From: an uncultured Nitrososphaeria archaeon
Lineage (GTDB): Archaea; Thermoproteota; Nitrososphaeria_A; Caldarchaeales; JAVZCJ01
Direction: 5' to 3'
Length of the DNA: 64,000 bases
Assembly (NCBI GenBank): GCA_964532175.1
Contig: CAZHGP010000001.1
Span: 21,046 to 85,045 of the forward strand
The notes beneath the pieces were generated by a model. It was given only the letters and a program-made list of their open reading frames with translations. It did not search any database and was not told the origin of the DNA. Shown in pieces: positions 8,600-19,206 of the stretch; within the stretch, counting starts at the first letter, position 1, and each line of letters begins with the position of its first letter. A program made the position numbers and the translations under genes.

Positions 8600-9796
8600 T
8601 TATAATATCATTTTTGCAATTTTTAATGCAAATAATGGATGTTTCATAAGTTTCATAGCTACTCTACTAGTATTTATTCCATTTGCTAAATCTATTATAT
8701 CTTGGCCATCTAATATATCTGCAAGCATATTTAATTCTTCATCATTTAATTTTTCTAATGCTTTAAGTACTTTTAGACTTTTCTTAATCCTTTCACCCCA
8801 ATAAACATTATATTTATCAACATACTGCTTAAGCATATCTTTAGAGTAATTTTTTTCTTCAATAGATTTTGCAGCTACTTCTCCAGCTATTTTTCCAGCT
8901 GCAATACTTGAATGTATTCCTCCTCCTGTTACTGGAATAACTTGCCCAGCAGCATCTCCACATAACATTATATTATCTAAAACTATTTCTTCAATCATTC
9001 CACTTATTGGAACTGGAGCTGCACCTATTTCTATTATTTTACTTTTTGAAAAGAAATTTTGATGATTTTCAATAAATTTATCTAAATAATCTTTTGCTTT
9101 TGCATTTCTAACTCCTATTCCAACATTTGCAATATTTTCACCTTTCGGAAATATCCATGCATATCCAAGAGGTGCAACCTCACTTCCAAAATAGAAATAA
9201 ATTTTATCATATTCAATTGCTTCATAATTAGTAATCCTATATTGTAAACAAGTAATTGTTTCATAGTTTTCTCTTTTAAAGAATTTCTTTGCAACTATTG
9301 AATTTACTCCATCACACCCAATCAATATTTTTGTTGAAATATTCATTTTCTTTCCCAGAATAGATAATAATATTTCTATTTTATTTTCACTTCTTTTTAT
9401 ATCTTGTGCATTAGCACATATAGCAAATTCTGCTCCAGCTTTAATAGTTTTTGATGCTAATTCTTCTAGAAAAGTAGGTTTATCTATTATCGCTCCCCCT
9501 TCTTTAGAATATCCAATTATATTTTCAAGTGAAAAAACAACTTTTTTATCTTCATTAGGTGCAAATATATATGCTCCTTTAATTTTCTGTTTTATAAAAC
9601 TTGGAGAAGGCTCTATTTCAGCATCTTTGAATGTTGAAAATGATACTGCTTCAGCACATGGTTTTTCTCCTAATCTTTTTTCTTTCTCTATTATAAGAGT
9701 TTTAGCTCCTCCTTCAGAAGCTTTTTTAGCAGCCATTAATCCTGCTGGTCCAGCTCCAATAACAACTATATCATATTCTTCATCTATTCTAAACAT
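8600..9796 (-). CDS. Geranylgeranyl reductase family FAD-dependent oxidoreductase (digeranylgeranylglycerophospholipid reductase-like)
   Basis: YDIVVIGAGPAGLMAAKKASEGGAKTLIIEKEKRLGEKPC is the FAD GxGxxG motif. 398 aa. Confidence 0.7.
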   Translation of the reverse strand: MFRIDEEYDIVVIGAGPAGLMAAKKASEGGAKTLIIEKEKRLGEKPCAEAVSFSTFKDAEIEPSPSFIKQKIKGAYIFAPNEDKKVVFSLENIIGYSKEGGAIIDKPTFLEELASKTIKAGAEFAICANAQDIKRSENKIEILLSILGKKMNISTKILIGCDGVNSIVAKKFFKRENYETITCLQYRITNYEAIEYDKIYFYFGSEVAPLGYAWIFPKGENIANVGIGVRNAKAKDYLDKFIENHQNFFSKSKIIEIGAAPVPISGMIEEIVLDNIMLCGDAAGQVIPVTGGGIHSSIAAGKIAGEVAAKSIEEKNYSKDMLKQYVDKYNVYWGERIKKSLKVLKALEKLNDEELNMLADILDGQDIIDLANGINTSRVAMKLMKHPLFALKIAKMIL

Positions 9797-9828
9797 AATA
9801 TTCTTTATTATTTAGATAAATATATGTT

Positions 9829-10470
9829 TTATTTCATTTTACTTATTTTTTCTTCAAATTTTTCTAGGCTTTTCTCTATTTCCATTCTTCTTGCTTCAAA
9901 TAATATATCGCTTTTTGTTTTTTCTATTAATGAGCGAGCAACATCACATTTTCTTCTTAATCCATATATATTTGAAACTAAAAGTGTACTCATAAGTTCA
10001 TAATAAATATTTTCCATTAATTCAAGAATTTCTAAAGCATATTCTAAATTTTGTTTTCTTAAACTTTCTATTGCTAATCTTCTTAATTCTCCTATAAAAT
10101 CTGCTAAACTAGTTACATATGTTTCAGCTAATACTGGAGCTTCTTTATAATTAAGCAAGCGTCTTTCTTCAATAAATGTTTTAAATAACATTGCTTCACA
10201 AAATTCTTGGAAAGCTATCAATACTTCTCCAGAATACATGAATTCTTCATTTTTTAATAGCATTTCTTTAAGAATTTCTAAATATTTTTTTGCTTCCAAA
10301 AAATGTTTTTCAGCTATGTCTTTCTCTCCTTTATGAAGTGAAATTATAGATAAACCACTTTCTTGAACAATTTTTCTAGTTATTTTAATTATTTCTTCTT
10401 TTATTTCACTTTTAATCGCAAGTTTTTCACGTAATGCTTCCATTTCTTTACGGAATTCTGTTAAATCCAT
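9829..10470 (-). CDS. Translin-family protein (tentative)
   Basis: 213 aa, all-helical pattern of translin-like length and character. No diagnostic motif was confirmed. Confidence 0.35.
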   Translation of the reverse strand: MDLTEFRKEMEALREKLAIKSEIKEEIIKITRKIVQESGLSIISLHKGEKDIAEKHFLEAKKYLEILKEMLLKNEEFMYSGEVLIAFQEFCEAMLFKTFIEERRLLNYKEAPVLAETYVTSLADFIGELRRLAIESLRKQNLEYALEILELMENIYYELMSTLLVSNIYGLRRKCDVARSLIEKTKSDILFEARRMEIEKSLEKFEEKISKMK

Positions 10471-10638
10471 TTTTTATCAACCTAATCAATAACTTAATCA
10501 TTATTTAGATATATTAATTTATTTAGTTTTACTTTTTTTAATAATTAATATTTTTCATTAAATTGAAAGAAAAACTTATATGATACCTTATAATAACATT
10601 GAAAAGAAAGCTTTTTAATTTAAAATAAATGAGAATTT

Positions 10639-11559
10639 ATGTTCGAGCTTTCAGAGGAAGTTAAGCGAATTCTTTATAAAGAAGGTTATAGAATAGTTGG
10701 TAAAAATCAACATTCTGCAGTTAAAATTTGCCATTGGACAAAAGAAAGTTTAAGAAAAGGAAGGAATTGTTTTAAACGTTGGTATGGTGTTCAAAGTCAT
10801 AAATGTTTACAATGTACTGTTTGGTTAGCTTGTATTAATCGTTGTCTTTATTGTTGGAGAAGCATTAGACACTCTGGGCCAATTCCGAATGAAATTAATA
10901 TAGATGAACCATTGGAATTAATAGAAGAATTAATAAAACAACAAAGGCTTTTATTATCCGGCTTTAAAGGTAATCCAAATGTTGATAAATCAAAATGGGA
11001 AGAAGCACAAAATCCAAATAATGTTGCTTTAAGCCTTATTGGAGAAAGCATACTTTATCCAAAAATTTCTGAACTTTTAGAAGAATTTCATAAAAGAAAT
11101 TTTACTTCTTTTCTAGTAACAAAAGGTACTTTACCAAAAGAATTAGCATCATTAAAAGAAGAACCTACTAATCTTTATATATCTATTTCTGCACCTGATA
11201 AAGAAACATATGAAATTATTGATAAACCATTAACAGAAAATAGTTGGGAAGCACAAATGGAAAGTTTGGAATTAATGAAAAGTTTCAATTGTAATAAAGT
11301 TATAAGGATAACTTTAGTAAAAGGATTGAATATGAAAAATCCAGAAAAATATGCTAAATTAATAGAAAAAGCAGAGCCTGATTTTTGTGAAGTTAAAAGT
11401 TATACATGGGTTGGTGAAAGTAGAAAAAGGTTACCTAAAACAGCAATGTGCTCCATGGAAGAAATTGAAAATTTTTCAATAGAATTATCAAAAAATTTAG
11501 GATATAAAATTAAAGATAAAGATATACCTAGTCGCGTTGTTTTACTTTCTAAAAAATAA
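10639..11559 (+). CDS. taw1: tRNA 4-demethylwyosine synthase Taw1/TYW1 (radical SAM)
   Basis: Radical-SAM CxxxCxxC (CINRCLYCW) is preceded by an extra Cys cluster (CHWTKESLRKGRNCFKRWYGVQSHKCLQC) that could ligate a second Fe-S cluster. 306 aa, matching archaeal Taw1. Confidence 0.65.
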   Translation: MFELSEEVKRILYKEGYRIVGKNQHSAVKICHWTKESLRKGRNCFKRWYGVQSHKCLQCTVWLACINRCLYCWRSIRHSGPIPNEINIDEPLELIEELIKQQRLLLSGFKGNPNVDKSKWEEAQNPNNVALSLIGESILYPKISELLEEFHKRNFTSFLVTKGTLPKELASLKEEPTNLYISISAPDKETYEIIDKPLTENSWEAQMESLELMKSFNCNKVIRITLVKGLNMKNPEKYAKLIEKAEPDFCEVKSYTWVGESRKRLPKTAMCSMEEIENFSIELSKNLGYKIKDKDIPSRVVLLSKK

Positions 11560-11561
11560 AT

Positions 11562-12167
11562 TTAGAATCTAATAGTTTCATTTATTTCTAATCCTTTTGA
11601 AGTGAAAACTAATATATCTATACCATTTCCACTTGCAGCATCTCTTGAAATTGAAGCTTTTATTGCTTTTATTGCTAGATCGTATAATTCTTTTGGTTTC
11701 ATATTATTTTTATACTCTGCTTCTATTATTCCTATTGCTATTGCTGCCCCTGAACCTACGCTTGCATAATCATCTTCTATTATTGATCCTAAAGGATCTA
11801 AAACAAATATATGCGCTCCTTCATCATCTATTCCTCCTATTATTGTTTCAGTTAAATAAGGGAAAAATCTACTATTGAATAAATGATTAGATAGAATTTT
11901 ACTTACAGTTTGCACACTAGGTTCTCTACCTATTTCAAGCTTATATAAGTTTATTATAGCTATAGCATCTCTAATTAATATTTGCATATCTCCAATCATT
12001 CCTGCGCAAGCAGCTCCAATTTTATCAGTTATTTGAAAAACTTTTTTTGCTTCCTTGCTTATAACAAAGTATCCATAAGATACTCTTTTTTCTGATGCTA
12101 ATACAACACAATTATCTCCTTTAATACCAACAGTAGTTGCTCCTGGAAAAGGGTATTGAGTTGTCAA
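11562..12167 (-). CDS. psmB: Proteasome beta subunit
   Basis: Propeptide then TTVGIKGDNCVVLASEKR (Thr1-type mature N-terminus). The annotated start codon is TTG. Confidence 0.85.
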   Translation of the reverse strand: MTTQYPFPGATTVGIKGDNCVVLASEKRVSYGYFVISKEAKKVFQITDKIGAACAGMIGDMQILIRDAIAIINLYKLEIGREPSVQTVSKILSNHLFNSRFFPYLTETIIGGIDDEGAHIFVLDPLGSIIEDDYASVGSGAAIAIGIIEAEYKNNMKPKELYDLAIKAIKASISRDAASGNGIDILVFTSKGLEINETIRF

Positions 12168-12322
12168 ATTTATTACCTCTTTTTCTATTCTATTCCTTTT
12201 TATCTAGTTTTATTTCTATATTCCTTGATAATAAACATTACTCTTTTTTTCTTTTTTAAAAAATAAAAAGTAAATTAAAAATTAATAAATGTGTTTAATT
12301 TAGATAATAAAGGCGTTTTCTT

Positions 12323-13132
12323 TTGAATAATGGGCTTAATTTAATTGTTCTTATAAAACAAGTTCCTGAAATAGATAAAGTAAAATTCGATATTGAGAAA
12401 GGAAGAATAGATAGGAACTCTGCTAAAGGTGTAATAAATCCATTTGATTTAAATGCTATTGAAGCTGCGGTTCAAATTAAGGAAAAAATTGGAGGTAATA
12501 TAACAGCAATTAGTATGGGGCCTCCCCAAGCAATATCTTCATTAAGAGAAGCTATTTCAAGAGGTGTTGATAAAGCTATTCTTCTTTCAGATAATAAATT
12601 TGCAGGTGCTGATACTTTAGCTACATCTTATACTTTGGCATGTGCAATAAAAAAGATAGGTAATTTTGATATAATTTTTTGTGGAGAGAAAACTATAGAT
12701 GGAGATACTGGTCAAGTTGGAGCTGAAGTTGCTGAACATCTTAATATTCCTCATGCTTCATATGTTTCTAAAATAATTGAATATAATAAAGAATATATAA
12801 TTGTTTTATCTGAAATGGGCTCGTATAATTATATTATAAAACTTAAATTTCCATGTTTAATTTCTGTTACTAAAGATATAAATGTGCCAAGACTTCCAAC
12901 TTTTAAAGATTTAATGAAAGCTAGAAAAGCTGAAATAGAAATATGGGATTCTAATTATCTTTCAGATATTGCTGATATTAATAAATTTGGTATAGAAGGT
13001 TCACCCACACGTGTTATTAAAATTGATATGCCAAAGGAAGAGATTGGGAAATGTAAAATACTTAAAGGAGAAATTGATGAAATTGTTTCAACTTTAGTTA
13101 AAGAATTGGGGGTTATACTTAAATTATGGTAA
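12323..13132 (+). CDS. etfB: Electron transfer flavoprotein beta subunit
   Basis: LNLIVLIKQVPE … is the EtfB N-terminus. It overlaps etfA by 7 nt. Confidence 0.8.
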   Translation: MNNGLNLIVLIKQVPEIDKVKFDIEKGRIDRNSAKGVINPFDLNAIEAAVQIKEKIGGNITAISMGPPQAISSLREAISRGVDKAILLSDNKFAGADTLATSYTLACAIKKIGNFDIIFCGEKTIDGDTGQVGAEVAEHLNIPHASYVSKIIEYNKEYIIVLSEMGSYNYIIKLKFPCLISVTKDINVPRLPTFKDLMKARKAEIEIWDSNYLSDIADINKFGIEGSPTRVIKIDMPKEEIGKCKILKGEIDEIVSTLVKELGVILKLW

Positions 13133-14130
13133 AAAATAATGGTATTTTTATTTTATCAGAATTGATTAATGAAAAAATTCATCCAATTACTTATGAACTT
13201 TTAGGTAAAGGAAGAGAACTTGCAGATAAGCTTAATACAAATCTTTCTTCAATTATTTTAGGTTATAATATTAAAGAATTAGCTAAAGAACTTATATACT
13301 ATGGTTCTGATAAAGTATACGTATATGATCATCCTTTATTAAAAAATTTTGATATTTTATTATATAAACATAATATAGTTAAACTTATTTTAGAAGAAAA
13401 ACCAAGCATATTTTTAATTGGTGCAACTCCTTTTGGTAGATCTCTTGGTCCAAGAATTGCAGCAGCTCTTAATACTGGTTTAACTGCAGATTGTATTGAT
13501 CTTGATATAGATGAAAAAGGAAACCTTATACAAATTAGACCTGCTTTTAGTGGAAATATTATTGCTTATATAAAAACTAGTACTAGACCACAAATGTGTA
13601 CCATTAGATATAAAACTATGAAACCTGCAATTAAAGATATTAAAAGGAATGGAGAAATTATTAATAAAAATGTAGAAATTTTAAATAATAAAAATATAGA
13701 AATTTTAGAAATTATAAAAGCTGGAGAAATTAATATATCCGATGCTAATGTTATAGTTTCTGCTGGTAGAGGATTAAAAAAACCTGAAGATTTTTCTATG
13801 ATAAAAGAACTTGCTGATTTATTAGGTGGTGTAGTAGGTGCAAGTAGACCATTAGTTGATGAAGGATGGATATCAAAAGAACATCAAGTAGGATTTAGTG
13901 GAAATACTGTTAAACCAAAGCTTTATATAGCATGTGGAATATCTGGTTCTCCTCAACATCTTTTTGGAATGAGAGATTCTGAAATTATTATAGCTATAAA
14001 TATAGATCCTTCAGCACCAATATTTAGAATTGCAGATTATGGGATTATTGGGGATATGTATAAAATTATACCAAAATTAATTGAAGAAATTAAAAGGAGG
14101 TTAAAATTAAAAAATGGAAGAAATAATTAA
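13126..14130 (+). CDS. etfA: Electron transfer flavoprotein alpha subunit (no N-terminal ferredoxin domain)
   Basis: The C-terminal FAD-binding region GASRPLVDEGW … GISGSPQHL is typical EtfA. 334 aa. Confidence 0.8.
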   Translation: MVKNNGIFILSELINEKIHPITYELLGKGRELADKLNTNLSSIILGYNIKELAKELIYYGSDKVYVYDHPLLKNFDILLYKHNIVKLILEEKPSIFLIGATPFGRSLGPRIAAALNTGLTADCIDLDIDEKGNLIQIRPAFSGNIIAYIKTSTRPQMCTIRYKTMKPAIKDIKRNGEIINKNVEILNNKNIEILEIIKAGEINISDANVIVSAGRGLKKPEDFSMIKELADLLGGVVGASRPLVDEGWISKEHQVGFSGNTVKPKLYIACGISGSPQHLFGMRDSEIIIAINIDPSAPIFRIADYGIIGDMYKIIPKLIEEIKRRLKLKNGRNN

Positions 14131-15481
14131 AGAAATTGAAAAAATTGTTGGTAATGAATGGGTTATTAAAGAAAAAGAAAAAATGCTTAATTATATTTTT
14201 GATGAAACACCTTTGCCAATTAGACCAAAACCATCTGATAATATAATTCTTGTTAAACCTAAGAATACAGAAGAAATTTCTCAAATTCTTAAATTAGCTA
14301 ATGAAAAAATGATTCCAGTTTATCCTAGAGGAGGAGGTACTGGTCTTGTTGGAGGATGCATTCCAACTAAAGATGGAATAATTCTATCTCTTGAAAGAAT
14401 GGATAATGTTGAAATAGATAAAGATAATCTTATGGCAATAGCAGAAGCTGGAGCAACTCTTGGAAAACTTTTATCAATTAGTGAATCTTTTGGATTATTT
14501 TTTCCACCTCATCCAGGAGATGAAGGAGCTCAAATAGGTGGATTAATAGCTTGTAATGCAGCAGGTGCAAGGACTGTAAAATATGGTCCAATGAGAAATT
14601 TTGTAAAAGGAATAGAAATTGTATTACCTACTGGAGAAATATTAAAACTTGGCGGTAAACTTCTTAAGAATAATTTTAGTTATGATTTAATGGATTTAAT
14701 AATAGGGAGTGAAGGAACATTAGCAATTATTACAAAAGCAATAATAAGACTTTATCCTCCACCTAAAGCTATTTTAACTCTTATTGTTCCATATGAAAAT
14801 AGACATGATGCTATAAATTCTGTTCCTAAGATATTACAAGAAGGAATAATTCCTCTCGCTATAGAATATGTTGAAAAAGATGTTATAGAAATTTCTGCTA
14901 AGCATATAAATAAAAAATGGCCTATTGAAGAAGGAATAGCTTATTTAATAATAATTATTGATGGAGTAATTGAAGAAGAAGTTTATGGAGAATGTGAAAG
15001 GATAGTTGAAATTTGCAAAAGCTTTAATTCGCTTGAACCAATTGTAGCAACATCTAAAGAAGAACAAAAGAATATTCTTGATATAAGAAGTAATATATAT
15101 ACTGCTTTAAAACCTAATACTGCAGATATACTTGATGTTACTGTTCCACCATCCATCATAGGTAAATTAATGGATATAGTTGATAATATTGAAGGAAAAT
15201 ATTCTACATATTTACCTACTTTTGGACATGCTGCTGATGGTAATCTTCATATTCATATTATGATGGATAAAATTAATGAAATGGAAAATATTAGAAATGA
15301 AATATATATTGCTACATTAGAACTGGGAGGAACAATAACAGGAGAGCATGGAATTGGTGAAGCTAGAATAAAATATATTAATAATTTTATGGATAAAAAA
15401 CAATATGAAATTATGCTTAAAATAAAGAAAATATTTGATCCAAACAATATTCTAAATCCAGGAAAGAAACTTTCTTTTTAA
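14114..15481 (+). CDS. FAD-linked oxidase, GlcD / D-lactate dehydrogenase family
   Basis: PRGGGTGLVGG FAD-binding PCMH motif. 455 aa. It overlaps the etfA 3' end, so the two genes are translationally coupled. Confidence 0.75.
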   Translation: MEEIIKEIEKIVGNEWVIKEKEKMLNYIFDETPLPIRPKPSDNIILVKPKNTEEISQILKLANEKMIPVYPRGGGTGLVGGCIPTKDGIILSLERMDNVEIDKDNLMAIAEAGATLGKLLSISESFGLFFPPHPGDEGAQIGGLIACNAAGARTVKYGPMRNFVKGIEIVLPTGEILKLGGKLLKNNFSYDLMDLIIGSEGTLAIITKAIIRLYPPPKAILTLIVPYENRHDAINSVPKILQEGIIPLAIEYVEKDVIEISAKHINKKWPIEEGIAYLIIIIDGVIEEEVYGECERIVEICKSFNSLEPIVATSKEEQKNILDIRSNIYTALKPNTADILDVTVPPSIIGKLMDIVDNIEGKYSTYLPTFGHAADGNLHIHIMMDKINEMENIRNEIYIATLELGGTITGEHGIGEARIKYINNFMDKKQYEIMLKIKKIFDPNNILNPGKKLSF

Positions 15482-15527
15482 TATATGAATAAAAATTTAA
15501 ATTCTAAAAATATTTTTTTTATTTAAA

Positions 15528-16646
15528 ATGTATGAGAGAAAAATACTATGCTTAATATCATTATTTCTTCTTATTTTATCTTTTTTTATAGAGATAAGTA
15601 TTGCTTCTTTCTCTGAACCAATTTATTATAAGCTTCCTCCATTAGAATATTTTCCAAGCAATATCTATGCTTTTAATGATGAAAAAATATGGATGATAAT
15701 ACCTAGAATTTCAAAAATTGGCTGTTTAAATCCTAAACTAGGTAGTATTTCACTTTATGATTTATTAAAAGATTCTATTCCAAGTGATGTAACAATTGTT
15801 GGAGAAAATATGTTCTTAATTTTTTCAGGAAAAACTTTCTTAACATTATTTTCTCTTAATTCATTCAATTTTTCTTTTTATGAACTTAATAATGAACCAA
15901 TAGATTTAGCTCAATATAAAGATGGAGTATGGATTACTTTACCAGATATAAATGAAATAGTATTTTTCTCTCTTTTTTCAAAAGAAATTTCTAAAAGAAT
16001 TAAATGTTCAATTTTATCAAATAAAAATGTTTTAACCATAAGCTCAAATTATTTATGGGCTATATTAGATACAAGATATCAAATAGCTAGAATTTCTCTT
16101 TCTTCTTATGAAATAAAAATTTTAAATTTAAGTAGTAATGCTTTGCTTTTATCCTCATCAATAAATGATGAAATATGGATTTTTAATGAAAAAAATGAAA
16201 TATTAAAAATTGATCAAAATGGAAAAATTATTTATAAAACATTTTTGGGAGAAAGTGCAATTTTAATTAATGAATTAGCTTCTTCTTCAGATGGTTCATT
16301 ATGGTATGTAGATATTGGAAGAAAAAGAATAGGACATATAACTTATGATGGAAAAAAAGAAGAAATAATTACTAAAGATGTTTCTATAAGAGCTTTTTCT
16401 TTAAGCCCAAGCAATAAATTATGGTTTATAGATGAAAAAAATAATCAAATTGGATTTATAGAATATATTAAAGAACCTATTAGTGAAACTACTTCGATAA
16501 TTACTACTGAGCAAATAACTTTTACGAGTATAGCTACTGCTCCTATTTCTCCAATAATTTTTACAGAATTATTTTTTGGAATTTTATTGATATTTCCAAT
16601 AATTTTCTTATTATTTAAAAAATTCTTAAAGAGAAAAAGGAAATAG
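15528..16646 (+). CDS. Secreted/cell-surface protein with an N-terminal signal peptide, C-terminal TM anchor and KRKRK tail
   Basis: Hydrophobic N-terminus LCLISLFLLILSFFIEISIA. C-terminus FFGILLIFPIIFLLFKKFLKRKRK. Confidence 0.45.
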   Translation: MYERKILCLISLFLLILSFFIEISIASFSEPIYYKLPPLEYFPSNIYAFNDEKIWMIIPRISKIGCLNPKLGSISLYDLLKDSIPSDVTIVGENMFLIFSGKTFLTLFSLNSFNFSFYELNNEPIDLAQYKDGVWITLPDINEIVFFSLFSKEISKRIKCSILSNKNVLTISSNYLWAILDTRYQIARISLSSYEIKILNLSSNALLLSSSINDEIWIFNEKNEILKIDQNGKIIYKTFLGESAILINELASSSDGSLWYVDIGRKRIGHITYDGKKEEIITKDVSIRAFSLSPSNKLWFIDEKNNQIGFIEYIKEPISETTSIITTEQITFTSIATAPISPIIFTELFFGILLIFPIIFLLFKKFLKRKRK

Positions 16647-16651
16647 AATTA

Positions 16652-17299
16652 TCATATTTTAATTATTCTTGATGGTGTTAAAATAATATTCATTTTAACA
16701 TCTTTTTCACTCATTAAATGTGATAAATCATCAAATATTTGTACATCATGAACAATACAAATATTTATTGTTTTTTCATATATTAAACCCTTCTCTTTTA
16801 ATATATGATATTCTTTATCTCCATAACCAGTCCCTTTTCCAATCCTATTTCCATTAAGATCTATTGCAACTGCTCCTTGAGCAAAAATATCTATTTTCCT
16901 ATTTTTTTCTATTTCTTTTCCAAATTTTTCAAACCCTTTTATGATAATCGCCTCCTTTATTAGATTTTTTGGAATATTTGATATTTCATAAAAACCTCTT
17001 ATATGTGGCATTGCTACTACTAGAATCTTATTATTAATTAAAACTATTTCTCTAAGCTTTTTAACTACACTATCTGGTGCAGAGAAAACACATTTAGAAG
17101 AATGAAACTCATTTATTTCAAATATTTTTTCACAAGCTTTCTCAGCTCCATAAAAATTTGGTATTCTTCCATGAGGTGGTAATGGAAATTTAGCAATTTT
17201 TTCTTTAAGCATATAATCCCATATTCTTTTCCTGCATTCTTCTTTACTTTTAAATTCTTTCCCATTCCAGAAAAAAACATTTTTCTTCATAAAAATCAT
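16652..17299 (-). CDS. 5-formyltetrahydrofolate cyclo-ligase family protein
   Basis: GKGTGYGDKEY matches the G-x-G-x-GYYD signature of the 5-FCL family. Its 5' end overlaps the pyrE stop (ATGA). Confidence 0.55.
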   Translation of the reverse strand: MIFMKKNVFFWNGKEFKSKEECRKRIWDYMLKEKIAKFPLPPHGRIPNFYGAEKACEKIFEINEFHSSKCVFSAPDSVVKKLREIVLINNKILVVAMPHIRGFYEISNIPKNLIKEAIIIKGFEKFGKEIEKNRKIDIFAQGAVAIDLNGNRIGKGTGYGDKEYHILKEKGLIYEKTINICIVHDVQIFDDLSHLMSEKDVKMNIILTPSRIIKI

Positions 17300-17898
17300 A
17301 AAATCAATTTTTTATATTCATCAATTGTTATTAATCCATTTTTATAAAATTCCTTTATAACTTTCTTGCTTGTAGTTAAACTATGTAAAGTTACATTTAC
17401 TTTCTCTAAATTCTTTTTTGCACCTTCTTCTCTATCTATTAAAACTAAAGCATCAGTAACTATTCCGCCCTCAGACCTTATAATTTCTATTGTTGAAATT
17501 AATGTATTGCCTGTTGATGAAAAATCATCTATTAATAATACATTTGAACCAGCTTTTAATATTCCTTCTATAATCCTTTCTCTATCATGCCTTTCTTTCC
17601 TTTTAATATATATTAGTGGCTTATTTAATTTGTATGCACATACTGATGCAAATGTTAAACCAGCTAAAGGTATTCCACATAAATATTTTTGATTTAATAA
17701 TTTCTTATTTCTTTTTATTAATTCAATGAATATTTCTATAATTTTTGAAAAAGATGAAGGATCGCTTAAAACTAAGTTTATATCTATATAATATGGAGAA
17801 AGTATTCCAGATGAAAGTTTAAATGTACCGATTTTTAAAGCATTCATTTTCATTAATATTTTAATAAAAGCACTTTCTATATCTTCCTTTTCCAACAT
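17296..17898 (-). CDS. pyrE: Orotate phosphoribosyltransferase
   Basis: KLSSGILSPYYIDIN and the PRPP-binding VLLIDDFSSTGNT motif. Confidence 0.75.
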   Translation of the reverse strand: MLEKEDIESAFIKILMKMNALKIGTFKLSSGILSPYYIDINLVLSDPSSFSKIIEIFIELIKRNKKLLNQKYLCGIPLAGLTFASVCAYKLNKPLIYIKRKERHDRERIIEGILKAGSNVLLIDDFSSTGNTLISTIEIIRSEGGIVTDALVLIDREEGAKKNLEKVNVTLHSLTTSKKVIKEFYKNGLITIDEYKKLIL

Positions 17899-17976
17899 TA
17901 TAATTTTAATATAGAAAAATACTTATTTAAACCTTATTGAAAAATTAATATTATATAAAATGGAGAATATCAAAAT

Positions 17977-19206
17977 ATGGTCGAGATTTGGTTAAAATAT
18001 GGTAATACGGAAATATTTTTTGAATTAGAAAATTTCAAAATTCTTCAACCTAAGGATTACCCATCTTTGCAAAATATGAATGAAGTTTTTCAAGAAATTA
18101 TTAAAAAAATAATAGATGATTATCTTTTAAAGAAAGGAGAAAAAATAGTATTTGTTATTGATGATAAAGGTTTTCCTGAATCATTAAAAAATTTTATAAA
18201 TCATTTGATTGAAGAATTAGATTCATTAAAATTAAATGATAAAAATGTAACTTTCTTAGTTACTTCTAGAAATGGAAAAGAATTAAAGAGTAAAGATTTA
18301 TACAATCTTTTTAGTAAAGAAGCAATTAAAAAATTTAAAATTATATGCCACAATCCTTTAAAGAATGAATTTGAATTTATTGGAAAAACAAGTTTTGGAA
18401 CGAATGTTTATTTAAATAAAATATTTACTGAAGCAGATATAAAAATCCTTTTAGGAAATATTTTAATTAATCCACTTATTGGATATTCTAGTATTGGAGA
18501 AACAATAATTCCTGGAATAGCTAGAGAAGAAACTATAAAACAAAATTTTTCATTAATACTAGAAAATAAGGAATCAAAAAAATTTAGTGAATATTTGATA
18601 CATAAAGATTCATTAGAAGCTGCAAAAATTTCTGGAATAGATTTTTCAATTTATTTTTTATTAAATTCAAATAATGATATTTCAGCGATATTTTCAGGAA
18701 GTATAGAAGAAATTAATGAAAAATCAATAAATTTATTGAATGAAATTTATAGTTTAAAAATTAATGAAAAAGCAGACATAGTTATAGCTTCTTTAGGAGG
18801 TTTTCCATATGATAAAACTTTGGAAAATGCATGTGATTGCTTAATTAATTTATCAAATATTTTATCTGAAAAAAGTGTTTTAATAATTGTTTCAGAATGT
18901 AGAAAAGGCTTAGGAAGTATGAATTTTTCTCTTTTTTTAGAAAAAGATCCTAAAGAAATTTATGAAAAATTAAAAAAAGAACCTAAAATTGAAATATACA
19001 GAGCTTATATATTAAAGAAATTTTTAGAGAATTTTAAAATGGCGCTTGTTTCAATTATACCAAAATCTATTATTTCTGAAATATTGAAAATAAAAACTTA
19101 TGATAATGTTTCAGAAGCATTAACTTATGCTTTTAGGATTGTTGGTAAAAATTCTAAATTATTCATAGTTCCTCAATCTTTTAAAACAATTTTTAAAGAA
19201 GTATAG
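17977..19206 (+). CDS. DUF2088 / LarA-like (lactate racemase family) protein, tentative
   Basis: 409 aa. The N-terminus MVEIWLKYGNTEIFFELENFKIL is LarA-like. No larB/C/E genes are in the window. Confidence 0.3.
   Translation: MVEIWLKYGNTEIFFELENFKILQPKDYPSLQNMNEVFQEIIKKIIDDYLLKKGEKIVFVIDDKGFPESLKNFINHLIEELDSLKLNDKNVTFLVTSRNGKELKSKDLYNLFSKEAIKKFKIICHNPLKNEFEFIGKTSFGTNVYLNKIFTEADIKILLGNILINPLIGYSSIGETIIPGIAREETIKQNFSLILENKESKKFSEYLIHKDSLEAAKISGIDFSIYFLLNSNNDISAIFSGSIEEINEKSINLLNEIYSLKINEKADIVIASLGGFPYDKTLENACDCLINLSNILSEKSVLIIVSECRKGLGSMNFSLFLEKDPKEIYEKLKKEPKIEIYRAYILKKFLENFKMALVSIIPKSIISEILKIKTYDNVSEALTYAFRIVGKNSKLFIVPQSFKTIFKEV

Noticed and set aside
12168-12178. TATTACC half-site just upstream of psmB, matching the half-site of the cdc48-promoter palindromes
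   Set aside because: Only a single 7-8 nt half-site with no inverted partner. Such a short AT-rich word is expected by chance many times in this genome, so no regulon claim is made.
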